Below, one piece after another: positions 9,587 to 20,790 of a DNA stretch of 64,000 bases. The stretch comes from an uncultured delta proteobacterium (lineage in GTDB: Bacteria; Myxococcota_A; Polyangia; Polyangiales; Polyangiaceae). The stretch is from NCBI GenBank assembly GCA_963850305.1, contig CAWKKR010000005.1, positions 96,001-160,000 of the forward strand, written 5' to 3'. The notes below the pieces were generated by a model, which saw only the letters and a program-made list of their open reading frames with translations, searched no databases and was not told the DNA's origin. The translations under genes were made by a program, and so were the position numbers. Each line of letters begins with the position of its first letter. Within the stretch, counting starts at the first letter, position 1.

Positions 9587-10384
9587 TTACTTCAGTTTCT
9601 CGAGTAACGCGCTGCATTCTCGTCCGGCGGCGGTGCGTTGATCAAGCTGAACGCATCGCACGACGTCGGGGCGGGCCGCGTCGGGGCGACCGAGGGCCAG
9701 CAGGCACCGCGCGCGCCCCGCGTAGGCCACCTGGAGACCCTTGCACTCCGGGTGGTCCGTCTCGAGCGCGCGGGTGTATGCCTCGACCGCGGCGGCAGGG
9801 GACTGCTTCTTCTCGTACGCGAGGCCGAGCCGGTAGTTTCCCACGCAGAAGTTCGGCTGTGCGGCCACGCTCCGCCTCAGCGCGTCGATGGCCGGGTCCA
9901 GATCGCCTTTTTCGAGGTAAGCCCAGCCCAGATTTCCCCAAGCATCTTCAGGGGTTTGGTAAAGGATATCCTGCGAGAGGGGGCGCAGAACGGCGATGGC
10001 GTCGTCGTACCGTTTCTCGTGGACCAGGATCACGCCGAGAGTGTTCTTCGCTTCCCGAAAGTCGGGCTTGATGGCGATGGCCTGGCGCGCGTAGCGCTCG
10101 GCCTCCGAAAGCCGGCATTCATCGATGCTCCGGCGGCAGAAGTCCAGGTAAAGGAGCGCCACGAGGTGGGCCGCCTGGGCGTTCTCGTCGTTGAGCTCCA
10201 CTGCCTTCAGTGCGTGCCCGAGAGCGACTCGCGGCTCGTCATGGTGGAGCCAGATATCGGCGGCCAGGTTTTGCTCGGCGACGCTCTCGCGTTCCGGGTC
10301 TTTCGGGGGCATTCCATTGTTTGCGCTGGGGGCGCACGCCGTAAACAAAGTCGCCGCAACAAAAAACCACCCTCGATGGGTCAA
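9587..10384 (-). CDS. TPR lipoprotein, Tgl/PilF pilotin-like
   Basis: Lipobox LFTAC; TPRs EAKNTLGVIL, ILYQTPEDAWGNLGWAY; GGAGG precedes TTG 10384 (alternative GTG 10426). Confidence 0.8.
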   Translation of the reverse strand: MTHRGWFFVAATLFTACAPSANNGMPPKDPERESVAEQNLAADIWLHHDEPRVALGHALKAVELNDENAQAAHLVALLYLDFCRRSIDECRLSEAERYARQAIAIKPDFREAKNTLGVILVHEKRYDDAIAVLRPLSQDILYQTPEDAWGNLGWAYLEKGDLDPAIDALRRSVAAQPNFCVGNYRLGLAYEKKQSPAAAVEAYTRALETDHPECKGLQVAYAGRARCLLALGRPDAARPDVVRCVQLDQRTAAGRECSALLEKLK

Positions 10385-10385
10385 G

Positions 10386-11102
10386 CTAGTCTTGCCTCCG
10401 CGCGGGCCGCCCGGGCTCGCTCCCACTGCCGCCGACGATCTCGTCCTTCATCTCGAGCAAGCGGCGGAGCTCACGCAGACTTTCCGGATCGGGGATCTGG
10501 ATTTGCTCCCCGTCGACGCGGACGTGGCCACTCGTCCGGAGCTGCTGCACGTTGCGTTTGACGGTCTCGACGTCGAGCCCCACCCGCGCGGAGAGCTCCA
10601 TCGGAGAGACCGAAAGTATTACGGATTCTGCGCTCGTGGGCCGGCCGCGGGTGGCCTCTTGCGCGAACTGAAGGAGGGCGGCGGTGATTTTGACCTGTGC
10701 GTCCCGGAGCATGAGGAGCTCGATCTGGTCCTCGGCATCGTGGAGCCGGCGTACGAGCTGGTGAAGGACGCGCATGCCAATTGCCGGATTCCCCGAGAGG
10801 AGATGCTCGAACGTCGACTGAGCGAGGACGAGTGCTGCACTTTCGACCAGCGCCACGGCCGTCGAGGTCCGTGTGCTCCCCGCGGAGAGGGCCTGCTCGC
10901 CGAAGAGCTCCCCCGGGCGAACCACCCGCAGGCTGCGCTCGCTCGCCCCGGCGCGCTTGATGAGCCGTACCCGGCCTTCCTGGAGAAGGTACGCCTCGTT
11001 CGCGGGGGCTCCGGCCTCGAACACGACCTCGCCGGCCGTGAAGCGCCGCCCGAACCGAGTCAGGAGCCGCGACTGTTCGTCGGGACCGGCGTCGATCGTC
11101 AT
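10386..11102 (-). CDS. Crp/Fnr-family transcriptional regulator
   Basis: cNMP-binding domain (VVFEAG...PGELFGEQAL...RTSTAVA) plus C-terminal HTH; ATGA overlap with the tsaB stop. Confidence 0.88.
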   Translation of the reverse strand: MTIDAGPDEQSRLLTRFGRRFTAGEVVFEAGAPANEAYLLQEGRVRLIKRAGASERSLRVVRPGELFGEQALSAGSTRTSTAVALVESAALVLAQSTFEHLLSGNPAIGMRVLHQLVRRLHDAEDQIELLMLRDAQVKITAALLQFAQEATRGRPTSAESVILSVSPMELSARVGLDVETVKRNVQQLRTSGHVRVDGEQIQIPDPESLRELRRLLEMKDEIVGGSGSEPGRPARRQD

Positions 11103-11779
11103 GTCGGCTCGCGCGAAGATAGCGGAGATCGGGGCAGCTTGGGACGGATTGCGTCCGCGGGGCGCACGTATTCGGCCGCTGGCGGAGCGCCCGCGTGAGT
11201 CCCCGAGAGCTTCCCGCCGACGCGCGCCACGGCCGTCGCATGAGGAAGGTCCGTCGAGGCCGACCGGAACGCCACCTCGAACTCTGCCGCGGCCTCGCCG
11301 ACGAGCACGCGAGGTCCGTCCCCGAGCCGCCGCAGCCAATCCTGAAGCTCGGTCCGAGGGAACGCCCGCGGCGAGACGATTTCGGTCCCATCGGCATCGT
11401 AAACAGCGCCGAAAAGCTCACTCCGGTGCGCGTCGAGCAGGGCGCACCGCGGTCCGGCGAGCTCGTCGGGCACCGCCGCGCACATCGCCCGGAGCGAGCC
11501 CACGCCCACGACGGGACGGCCCAGCCCGAGGCCGATCCCCTGCGCGAGCGCGAGCCCAACGCGGAGTCCCGTGAACGAGCCGGGCCCCACGCCGGCGGCG
11601 ATGCAATCGAGGCTCGTCCTCGACCACCCCGTGCGCCCGAGAGCCTCGTCGATGAGCGGCAAGAGGCGCTCGCCGTGCGGGACTTCGCCCTCGTTCGCGA
11701 GCGCGATCGCTTCGCGTCCGTCTTCCACGAGGGCGACCGTTCCGCGTCGCGACGACGTCTCGATGCCCAGGACTCGCAC
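11099..11779 (-). CDS. tsaB: tRNA threonylcarbamoyladenosine biosynthesis protein TsaB
   Basis: VLGIETSS, HGERLLPLI, GPGSFTGLRVGL; GGAGG upstream of GTG 11779. Confidence 0.93.
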   Translation of the reverse strand: MRVLGIETSSRRGTVALVEDGREAIALANEGEVPHGERLLPLIDEALGRTGWSRTSLDCIAAGVGPGSFTGLRVGLALAQGIGLGLGRPVVGVGSLRAMCAAVPDELAGPRCALLDAHRSELFGAVYDADGTEIVSPRAFPRTELQDWLRRLGDGPRVLVGEAAAEFEVAFRSASTDLPHATAVARVGGKLSGTHAGAPPAAEYVRPADAIRPKLPRSPLSSREPT

Positions 11780-11860
11780 GGCTCCTCCGCGTCTATCACG
11801 ATTCCCGAGGCACGCCGGGTCTTTGGAGTTCGCGAAGGGGCGCGCTAGTCTGGGCTCGTC

Positions 11861-13120
11861 GTGTCGCAAACCCAGTCGGAGATCGTGCCGCGGTTCGACT
11901 TTCGCGTCGCATTCAAGGTCGTCGAGGACATCGGCCGGAGCCGCGAAACGAACGAGGACGCGCACCTCGTCGAGCCGGGGCTCGCACTCTTCGCCGTGGC
12001 CGACGGGATGGGCGGACACGCTGCGGGAGAAATTGCGTCGCGCGTCGCCGTCGCGGAGGTCAAAAAGTCCATCGCATCCCAGCGTTCGCAGGCAACGATG
12101 GAAGCGTACGTCCGCGAGCCCACGCCGAACGCGCGACGCCAGGTACTCGCACGCCTGCGCCGTGCCATCGAGCACGCGAACGACCGCGTGCGCGAAGAAG
12201 CGCGGGTCGACCCGGAGCGCAACGGCATGGGCACGACGCTCGACGTCGTGTGGCTCGCACGCGACCACGCCTTCGTCGCGCATGCCGGCGACGGCCGGGT
12301 ATACCTCGCCCGTCCGAGCGCCGTGCTCCAGCTCACGCAGGATCATGCCGAGGTCGACAAGCTCAAGGCGACCGGCGTCCTCAGTGCACACAACCGGAGC
12401 CGGAACAGCCGCTTGCTCAATGCGGTCGGCATCGCGCCGCGCGTCGACGTGGACACACTCTTCGTCGATCTCACCAAGGGTGACCGCTTGCTCCTCTGTT
12501 CCGACGGCGTGCACGGGCAGCTCGACAGCGAGGCGGAGCTCGGCGAGCTCCTCCGCACCGGCAATGCCGACACTGCATCACGCGCGCTCGTGGCCCGCGC
12601 GGCCCTCAAGGGCCGCGACAATGCCACCGCGCTCGTGATCGAAGTCGCCGATCGTTTCGTCAAGCGCAACGACGAAGATCACGGCTTTCGTTCGCGCGAC
12701 GTCGAGCGAGCCCAGCTCGCGCCGATCTTCGCCGATCTCCCGCTTCCCTCGGTCATGGCCGCGCTCGCCGCAGCCGTCGAGATCGAATTCGAAGCCGGCC
12801 TGCAAGTGCCGCAGGTCGTCGCGAGCGATCTCGTCGCCTACGTGGTCCTCGACGGCCTCGTCCGCTGCGACGGTGATCGCGTCGTGACCGTCGGGGCCCT
12901 CCTGTTCCCCGAATCCCTCGTCGGTGTTCCGGTCGTCGGCGAGCTTCCCATCGTTGCGGAACGTGCGCGCCTGCTCCGTCTCCGTGCAGACGACTTCGCC
13001 GAAGTCTGTGCCGCCGATCGGTCGCTCTCGTGCGAGCTACATCGTCGCCTCGCCGTCCATCTCGCGCGCGCGCGCCAGCGCCCCGTGCCTCGAAAGCCCG
13101 GAAACCCCCCGCAAACCTGA
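11861..13120 (+). CDS. PP2C-family Ser/Thr phosphatase with degenerate C-terminal cNMP-like domain
   Basis: DIGRSRETNEDA, VADGMGGHAAGEIAS, GMGTT, LLCSDGV, GRDNAT. Confidence 0.9.
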   Translation: MSQTQSEIVPRFDFRVAFKVVEDIGRSRETNEDAHLVEPGLALFAVADGMGGHAAGEIASRVAVAEVKKSIASQRSQATMEAYVREPTPNARRQVLARLRRAIEHANDRVREEARVDPERNGMGTTLDVVWLARDHAFVAHAGDGRVYLARPSAVLQLTQDHAEVDKLKATGVLSAHNRSRNSRLLNAVGIAPRVDVDTLFVDLTKGDRLLLCSDGVHGQLDSEAELGELLRTGNADTASRALVARAALKGRDNATALVIEVADRFVKRNDEDHGFRSRDVERAQLAPIFADLPLPSVMAALAAAVEIEFEAGLQVPQVVASDLVAYVVLDGLVRCDGDRVVTVGALLFPESLVGVPVVGELPIVAERARLLRLRADDFAEVCAADRSLSCELHRRLAVHLARARQRPVPRKPGNPPQT

Positions 13121-13223
13121 TTGCCGCCGGCTCGTCGCGACGAACCTCCTTGCATTCAGACTCCGAACGACTACGGTCCCCGGCACTCGCCAGAGCCCAT
13201 GGAAGCTCGAAGCGGGTTGGTCT

Positions 13224-13300
13224 CGGGGCGTAGCGCAGCCTGGTAGCGCATCAGACTGGGGGTCTGAGGGTCGTCGGTTCGAATCCGGCCGCCCCGACCA
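13224..13300 (+). tRNA. tRNA-Pro(GGG)
   Basis: CGGGGCGTAGCGCAGCCTGGTAGCGCATCAGACTGGGGGTCTGAGGGTCGTCGGTTCGAATCCGGCCGCCCCGACCA. Confidence 0.96.
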
Positions 13301-13720
13301 TTTCTGGCCCACCTTTGGCCCACCCGGCCGCGTGACCGTGACCGATCCTTACCGTGTGGGTCGGGCGGGTTCGGCCCCTTCTCCGGATGCGCGGATAGCT
13401 TCCGCAGGAGTGCCTCGAAGGCGGGGATGGGGTTGAGCTCCGGAATGCAGAACACGAGGGGCCAGACGTCGCCCATGGCGAGTTCCTCGAGAGCCTTGGC
13501 TGCTTGGCGGTATTTCAAAATTTGATCGCCCCTGTGTCCCGTGCGGCGCCGCACAGTGTCCTCGTTCATTCCGAGCGCCAGGTTCCGGGTAACCATGCTC
13601 CGCCGGAAGCAGTGGCTCCCGAAGCGTCCCTTGTTGGAGCCGACGCTGTAGAGGTCGGCGCGGTCAAGCCCGGCTTCGCGCATCCACTTGCGGAGCGGCG
13701 GGTCGACGAAGGGGACGGCT
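13301..13720 (-). pseudogene. C-terminal remnant of a tyrosine integrase
   Basis: HCFRRSMVTRNLALG...RRRTGH...LKY (HxxR, GH, Y) reading toward the tRNA-Pro 3' end; N-terminal domains are absent. Confidence 0.75.
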
Positions 13721-13946
13721 TTGCTTCTCCTGGCCTCCCGGAATTACGGCATTCCGCGTATCTCTGGTCGCCTGACCGACGTCCACGTCGTATGAGGTAA
13801 CATCTCCAATTGCTGCGTGAGCAACTTCAAGCCAGGGGAAACTCGCCCGGAAATCACAGCTTCGGGGTGGCACAGCTTGGCCCACTGAGGTGCTTATTCC
13901 ACGGTTTCTGCGATTGGTTCGCGTCTTGCTTTAGCTGGCGCGGTCC

Positions 13947-15123
13947 ATGAAGATCCACCTTGCTTTCGTGTTGTCGGCGCTAACGGCTGTTTCAGGTCTT
14001 GGCTGCGATGGGCGTGTGAGCGGCGGCACACTGTCGCCGAGCACATCGAGCTCGAAGGAAAAACCGAGAACATCGGCGCCCGGGGGCTTGGATGCGGGCA
14101 GCGGCGGATTCGATGGGCGATGGGTCACCGGGTCCCATCTCGAGCGCATTACCGCCCGGGGCGCGCGCCATCGCCTCCGACTCCACGGGAATGAACCTCG
14201 TCGTCGTGGACACCGACGTCTGGACGTCCACGAACGGAGGGACGAGCTGGATCGACCAGACTCCCTCGGGCCCGGCGCACAATCAGGACTGGACGTCGGT
14301 CGCATCCGACACGACGGGGCAGAAGCTCGTCGCGTTGGTCAACGGCTTCTACGACGGTCCCGACGAGGATCCTGCGATGTTCAGCGGAGACGTCTGGACT
14401 TCAACGAACGGCGGCGTGACGTGGACCGACCGGACGGCGTCGAGCGCCGCGCACGGCCTGGTGTGGAGGGGAGTCGCGTCGGACGCGACAGGGACCAATC
14501 TCGTCTCGGTCGCCTCGAGCGCAGGCGTCCTCGTACCGACGGGGAGCATCTGGACCTCCACCGATTCGGGCGCGACCTGGACCGATTGCACGATGGTCAC
14601 GAGCCCCACGGGGTCGCAGGCGTGGCAAGCCGTCGCCTCGGACGCGACCGGGCAGAACCTCGTCGCAGTCGGCACCGGCGCGATCTGGACCTCGACCGAC
14701 GGCGGCGCGACCTGGACCGACCACACGCCGCCCGCTTCCGCTCAAGTTATCGGCGGGTTCGGCTTTCAGTCCGTCGCGTCGGACGCAACTGGAAAGAAGC
14801 TCGTCGCGGTCGTCAACACCGGCGACGTTTGGACGTCCACCGACGGCGGCGTCACGTGGATCGACACCACGCCGTCGGGCCCGACATCGGACCAGGTCTG
14901 GATCTCCGTTGCTTCGGATTCCACTGGAACGAACCTCATTGCGACCGACGCCCTAGTGCACGGCTACAACGGCGACGTCTGGACTTCGGCCAATGGCGGC
15001 GCGACCTGGACCGATGTGACCACGAGCGATCCCTCGGCCAGCGGAGAGTGGCAGGTCGTCGCGTCAAGCGCGGACGGGGCCCACCTCGTCGTCATCGGGG
15101 GCGGGAAGGTCTGGACGCGCTGA
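13947..15123 (+). CDS. BNR/beta-propeller repeat lipoprotein (frame break near 14100-14160)
   Basis: Signal peptide with lipobox GLGC in ORF 13947; repeated VWTSTxGGxTWTD and VASDATG units in ORF 14092..15123. Confidence 0.75.
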
Positions 15124-15400
15124 TGAATGCGGAGGCAAAAAATGGCCAATCCGAGAGCCGGCACGAACCGTGCTTCGTGTGACAACCCAGACAACCATGC
15201 CCCCCTTTCACACCGTTCTTCGCCTCGTCGATGTTCACTCGTTCCGCGCGGCACTCGCTGCGACCGTCGCGGCCGTCGCGCTCGCTGACCCCATCGACCC
15301 CGGGTGCAATTGTTCTATCGTATTTAGCTTGCGGAGGTGGAAGTGGTGAAGGCCCGGACTGCTGGATTCTTGGGCTCCTTGGCGGTGGTGGGTCACGTTG

Positions 15401-17040
15401 GGGTGCAGTTCCCGATCTGCTGACGAAAAACAAAGCGAGATCGATCGGTTACGACGCGTAGGTTGAAAGGAGGGGCTCATTCGCGGCAGATATCCGGTTG
15501 CTAAAACAAGAACACCAACCGGAAGGAGCCCCATGGCGACGACTATCGAGCGCGCCGAACGGGATGTCCAGAGCGCGAGCGAGCGAGTTCGTAGATGCGC
15601 GGAAACGAAGGACGCGACGACGCTTTCTGCTGTCGAGCGAGAACTCTGGACAGCGCTGCTTCATCTCGGGCGTGCGGTAATGGCCCTGTTTCTCGTGCGA
15701 TACGCTGCCCGTCCGCAACCATCGACCTACGAGCATGACGGCGGGCGATTCGCGCTCGACACGGACACGCGGCGTCGGAGCGAGATCGGCACGCGGTTCG
15801 GCAAGGTCGCGTTCGTACGACCCGTGGGTCGTCCAATCGGAGGTCGCCGCTGCACCGACCTTCCCATCGATCGCGAGCTCGGCGCGTGCTCGGGCTTCAG
15901 CCTCGGGACGGTAACGGCGGTCGTGCATCTCTGCGCGCTGATGGCCTTTGGGACAGCGCGTCGCCTGTTCGCGGAGTTTCACGAGTGGGCGCCGAGCTCG
16001 CGTTCGACGCTGCGCATGGTCGACGCGGTCGGCGCCGAAGCTCGCGGCTTTCTCGACGCGGATGCTGTGCCCGAGGACGACGGGGAAGTTCTCGTGATCC
16101 AGGTCGACGGCCGCGGCGCACCGATGATCACCGCGACAGAGCACGCGCGACGCTGTCAGGCGCGACAGAAGGTCAAGGGAACGAAGCGACACGGGCGCCG
16201 TCTGCGGCGACGCGAGCATCCGCGTCCTCGTCGCAAGAAGGGCGACAAGAGCAAGAATGCCAAGGTCGCTTTCGTCGGCGTGATTTACACACTCCGGGCG
16301 ACGCGCCACGGATGGGAGGGACCTATCAACAAGCGCCTGATCGCGACATTCGAGAGCCACGAGGCGCTCTTTCGGTGGCTCGCCGTGCACGCGGAGCGCC
16401 GCGGTTACGGTCGCAAGCGATGCTTCTTCCTCGCCGATGGCTCCGACCACATCTGGAGAAACCAGCAGGTCCATTTCCCGAAGGCGGTGCCCTGCATCGA
16501 CTGGTACCACGTCGCCGAGAAACTGTGGGAGGCGGAGGCTGCCTCCATCCCGAGGGCAGCCCGCTGCTTCGTCCGTGGGTCACTGCTCAGCTCGGCAACC
16601 TGCGACGAGGCAAGGTTGCCGAGGTGCTCGAAGACATGGCCACCGCACACAACGCGATCTCGAAGACGGGCCCGGGCAACAAGGGCCGTCGCAAGCGGCT
16701 GCTCGGCATCATCGAGTACCTCGCCACGCACGAGCAACGCATGCCGTACTGTGCACTCCGCCGTGACGACCTCGACATCGGTACCGGCGCCGTCGAAGGC
16801 GCCGTGCGCAACCTTGTCGGCCTTCGTCTCGACGGGCCCGGAATGCGCTGGGGGCGAGACCGCGCCGAGATGGTCCTCCACCTCCGTTGCATCGTCCTCA
16901 ACGAGCAGTGGAGTGACTTCTGTCGCCACCTGGAACGACGCACGCTCAGGCTTGCCGCGACGCCCGTCCCCGCACGAACGCACGACGCGAAACCTCAGCA
17001 ATCACGCGAGGCCGCGTGATGCAAATTGGGATCTGCACCC
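15401..17040 (+). mobile_element. ISKra4-like (prokaryotic MULE) insertion sequence
   Basis: 20-bp inverted repeats GGGTGCAGTTCCCGATCTGC and GCAAATTGGGATCTGCACCC (3 mismatches); 9-bp TSD GTCACGTTG at 15392-15400 and 17041-17049. Confidence 0.9.
15533..17019 (+). CDS. ISKra4-like DDE transposase (frameshift near 16534)
   Basis: VIQVDG, FLADGSDHIW, DWYHVAE in one frame; IGTGAVEGAVRNLVGLRLDGPGMRW in another. Confidence 0.85.
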
Positions 17041-17523
17041 GTCACGTTGTCTTCTTACAGCTGAGTTGCGCCAGTGATACCCTCGAAAGCTCGCGGAGCG
17101 GCGTAAGCGACGACTCAGGGGTGGGGAGAAGCCTAGCGACGGGCGGCAGCAACAACGCAGGGGCGGGGGGAAGCCTCGGGACGGGCGGCCTTCTGCCGAG
17201 CGGATGCCTTGACTGGCTCGGCGGCCAAGGCGGCACTGAATGCGGCTCGCCGATGGTTACGGTGGTCGACGGCGATACGGGCGCGGTGATCTGCGATCCG
17301 AGCTTCACGGTGACGGCGGACGCCGGAGTCATCTGCTATCCGACCGGGAACCCGCGGGAGCAGCTCGAAGAGCCCGATGGGGCGCCGACGTGCTCGTTCT
17401 TGCTCGGGAGCCTGAACGGCCTCGAAGGCCAGGTCGAAGTCCAAGTGGTCTCGCCCGGATATCAGCCAACCCTCACTTCGATCAAATCGTGCGTCCGGGA
17501 CGCGACCTCGAAAAACCGCGAGA

Positions 17524-19410
17524 ATGTACGACGGATCGCGGACTGGCGGGAAAGCTTTCATGGTTGACCATCCGGTACAGGACACGAGCGAGCGACGAAT
17601 GATCTCCGTCGCGAGCGTCGTCGGGCGTCTCCGGACGCGCTGGCTCGACATCGCGGCGAGCTGCGCCGCCATCTTCGTGGTGCTGCCCACCTGCTGGTAC
17701 CGCTACGGCATCGATCAGGCGCTCTATCACTACGTCGGCGCAGGCTGGCTCGCGGGCAGAGTCCCATATCGAGATGCCTTCGACATCAAGTCGCCGGGCA
17801 TCTACGCGGTGTACTCGGTTGCGATTGCGTTGTTCGGACCTGGACAATCATCGATTCGCATCCTCGAGCTTCTCGGGATCCTGGCCACGGCGGCGATGGT
17901 CGCAAGAACGGTGGGCAAGAACCCTCCCGACGGGGTTTTCGGGCTATCCGCCCTGGCGCTTGCGATGTGGAACGCGACCCTGTTCGGATTCTGGGACACC
18001 GCGCAGGCGGAGTTCTGGGAGTCCGCCTTCGTCGTCGCCAGCTACGCAGCGTTGCTCGCGGACGGGCATCCCCGCCGCTCGCGCGGAATCGCCGGGACGC
18101 TGGCGGCCATTGCCACGCTCATGAAGCCCACTGCAGTGGTGGCGCTTCCGATCCTGGCGTTCCGCGCGGTGCACACGTCGGACGGCAAGAGCCGGGTGTC
18201 CGCGCTGACGGCCTTCTCGATCGGCCTGGTCGTGCCGTTACTTCTGACCGTCGGCTATTTCCACCTGGTCGGGGCTGGCGCTGCCTTCCGGGAATGGATC
18301 GGCTACGTCCCTCACTACGCTGCGGCGCCGCTCGACCCAGATTGGGTGCACTGGACGGGCCCCGAGCTACTCCTTGCTCGCTCGGGCGCCGCCATCGGGA
18401 TCCTCCTCGGCATCTGGGTCTTCGCGCCAAACCTCTGGACCATCAGTCTCCTGACGGCGACTGCGCTCGGAATCGTGCTGCAACGCCGCTATTTCAGCTA
18501 TCACGCGGCTTGCCTCGGCCCTGCGCTCGTCCTTTGCGCCGCGGGCGGCATTCGCGAAGTCATCGTGACGAGGGGGCGTTCGACGGCCGCGGGAGCGGCA
18601 GCAATTCTAGCAGTCGGCGCTTTTTTGGGTTCGCCTCCATGGACCGGAACGGAGTTCACGACTTACCGCTCGTACGTCCTTCATTCGTTCTGGCCCCTGG
18701 CGTTCGGACGGATTTCGAGGGCGACGTTCGACGAGGCGTTCAACGGCCCGTTCGACTACCGATATACGGAAGAGGTGGCGGTCTCCGAGCTCGTAGAGAG
18801 TCGCCACCCGGCGCCGACGGACGGCCTGCAGGTTCGTGGATTCGATCCGACCATCTACGTGCTGACGGGGCTCCATTCCCCGTCGCGGTTCTTGATGGAA
18901 ACGCCACTGGAGAATGCGTACTTGCTGAGCTACGCGTCGGGCTGGAACGCGGAGCACGATCGCGCGTTGTTCGGTCCGAGAGCGCCTCGCTTCTTCGTCA
19001 CTTCGCTCGGCGATACGGATGACCTGTCACGCCTAGAGGTCAGGGGATTCCAGCCGCTAGGATCGCGAGGACGGTACGTCGTTCTCGAGCGTGGTCTCGC
19101 GCAGCACGGCGCCACCAGGTCCGAAGTCGAGACGGTCCTCGCGCGACGGAATTTCGAGGGACTCATGTTTGGCACAATGCCGGCTCGAGCGCTGTTTCGA
19201 GAGGCTGGCACGTATTCCTTTTGGCTCGGCGACAAGGTCTTTCGCGGAACATTTCACGTTACCGATGGTGGCGAGGTCTGCATTGAACCGGAACTGGGTC
19301 AGCCGGGAACGTGCGGGAAAATCTACGCTCGCGGGACCGAATTCGTGGCCTTCGAGGGCAACGGACGCGAACTCGGTGACTTCCACCCCTCGAACGCACG
19401 AGCGGACTGA
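17524..19410 (+). CDS. polytopic membrane protein, GT-C/PMT-like glycosyltransferase
   Basis: DQALYHYVG...GRVPYRDAFDIKSPGIY, AQAEFW, multiple TM helices; start may be 17560 or 17599. Confidence 0.7.
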   Translation: MYDGSRTGGKAFMVDHPVQDTSERRMISVASVVGRLRTRWLDIAASCAAIFVVLPTCWYRYGIDQALYHYVGAGWLAGRVPYRDAFDIKSPGIYAVYSVAIALFGPGQSSIRILELLGILATAAMVARTVGKNPPDGVFGLSALALAMWNATLFGFWDTAQAEFWESAFVVASYAALLADGHPRRSRGIAGTLAAIATLMKPTAVVALPILAFRAVHTSDGKSRVSALTAFSIGLVVPLLLTVGYFHLVGAGAAFREWIGYVPHYAAAPLDPDWVHWTGPELLLARSGAAIGILLGIWVFAPNLWTISLLTATALGIVLQRRYFSYHAACLGPALVLCAAGGIREVIVTRGRSTAAGAAAILAVGAFLGSPPWTGTEFTTYRSYVLHSFWPLAFGRISRATFDEAFNGPFDYRYTEEVAVSELVESRHPAPTDGLQVRGFDPTIYVLTGLHSPSRFLMETPLENAYLLSYASGWNAEHDRALFGPRAPRFFVTSLGDTDDLSRLEVRGFQPLGSRGRYVVLERGLAQHGATRSEVETVLARRNFEGLMFGTMPARALFREAGTYSFWLGDKVFRGTFHVTDGGEVCIEPELGQPGTCGKIYARGTEFVAFEGNGRELGDFHPSNARAD

Positions 19411-19779
19411 CGAGGTCACTTCGGGATGCAGGCGTCCCTCCTGCTTCACCGCGGTGGCGCCAGAATCCGCCGCGCGTGGCTTGACGTCCGTGGGCGGCTC
19501 GGGCGGCAGTTCGTGCAGGGGGCCGTCTCGCATGCAGACGGCCGTGTCGCGGCCACGGATGCAGCCGTATTCGAGCCAGTGTCCGCAACCCCTGGCGACG
19601 ATGACGCCGCCGCTCGCGCGGTAGGTTCGAATCTCCTCCGCGGGACACCCGAGATCGGTGACGGCGCGATCACGCGCGGCAAGGAGAACGGTCGACGTGC
19701 AGGCCGTCGCCGAGAGGCACGCGAGCAGCGCCGCTCTCGACGTCCAATGCTGGCCAACCGTGGCCGACGCGACCCGCAT
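19057..19779 (-). CDS. hypothetical lipoprotein (3' end doubtful)
   Basis: Signal-like ALLACLSATAC and DLGCP...ARGCG; the C-terminal half overlaps the opposite gene. Confidence 0.4.
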   Translation of the reverse strand: MRVASATVGQHWTSRAALLACLSATACTSTVLLAARDRAVTDLGCPAEEIRTYRASGGVIVARGCGHWLEYGCIRGRDTAVCMRDGPLHELPPEPPTDVKPRAADSGATAVKQEGRLHPEVTSSVRSCVRGVEVTEFASVALEGHEFGPASVDFPARSRLTQFRFNADLATIGNVKCSAKDLVAEPKGIRASLSKQRSSRHCAKHESLEIPSREDRLDFGPGGAVLRETTLENDVPSSRS

Positions 19780-19841
19780 GCTGCGTGTGTACTACAGTGT
19801 GGGCCAGTTGCGCAGACCGTCGCGCGGGGCCGCGCCGGCGC

Positions 19842-20790
19842 TCAACCCACGGCGGCGACGCTCAGCCCCGAGCGCTCGAGCAGGGCGTCGAGCGACGGCT
19901 CACGGCCCATGAAGGCGCGGTAGAGGCTCTCGGGGTCGTCGCTGTCGCCGCGTTCGAGGACCTTGCGACGGAACTCGTTGCCGACGGTGCGGCTGAACAC
20001 GCCGTCCTTCTTGAACCGGGTGAACGCGTCCGCTTCGAGGACCTCCGCCCACTTGTACGAGTAATAGCCAGCGGCGTAGCCGACCGCGCTCGAGAAGAGG
20101 TGCGTGAACGACGCGATCATCGCGTAGTCGACGTCGAAGGCCGCGGGCGCGTACTCCTGCATGATGCGTCGCGCGTACGCGAGGACGTCCCCGTCGCGCG
20201 CGGCGTCGTAGTCGACGTGAAGGGCGAGATCGACGGCGGCAAAGCCGAGCTGCCGCATCATCGCCGTCGCATCGCGGTACGTTCGCGCCTTCAGCATCTT
20301 CGAGAGCAGCTCTTCGGGGACCTTCGCACCCGTCTCGAAGTGCTCGGCGAAGGTGTCGAGCGCGGCGCGCTCCCAGCACCAATTTTCCATGATCTGCGAC
20401 GGGAGCTCCACGAAGTCCCACGCGACGTTCGTGCCGGCGAGACTCCGGACGCCGACGCGGCTCAGGCAGTGATGCATCAGGTGACCGAACTCGTGAAAGA
20501 GCGTCGTCACTTCCTGGTGCGTCAAGAGCGCGGGCTTTCCGCCGACGGGCGGCGTGACGTTCGCGCAGATGAGCCCCAGGTGCGGACTGCCCGTGCTGCC
20601 CTCCGCCACGCCGGTGACGAGGCCGTTCATCCACGCGCCGCCGCGCTTCTCTTCTCGCGGATAAAAATCGGCGTAGAACGATGCGAGGAACGTCCCGTCC
20701 TCGTCTTTCACGTCGTAGACGCCGACGTCCGGGTGCCAGGTCGAGAGCTTCCGGTTCGGCTCGATGCCGACGCCGTAGAGGCGGCGGGGG
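19842..20790 (-). pseudogene. C-terminal half of an M3-family oligopeptidase A (PrlC-like)
   Basis: KRGGAWM, TLFHEFGHLMHH, WDFVELPSQIMENW, GYAAGYYSYKWAEVL; N-terminal half is missing. Confidence 0.85.

Larger units (their letters stand above)
15346..17567 (+). pseudogene. Gly-rich lipoprotein gene interrupted by the ISKra4-like element
   Basis: Removing the IS and one TSD copy gives GGAGG, GTG 15346 and MKARTAGFLGSLAVVGHVVFLQLSCASD..., in frame with ORF 17016..17567. Confidence 0.7.

Noticed and set aside
6840..9617. 925-aa extended MurJ
   Set aside because: The extension overlaps recO and the HTH gene on the same strand; the real start is GTG 8447
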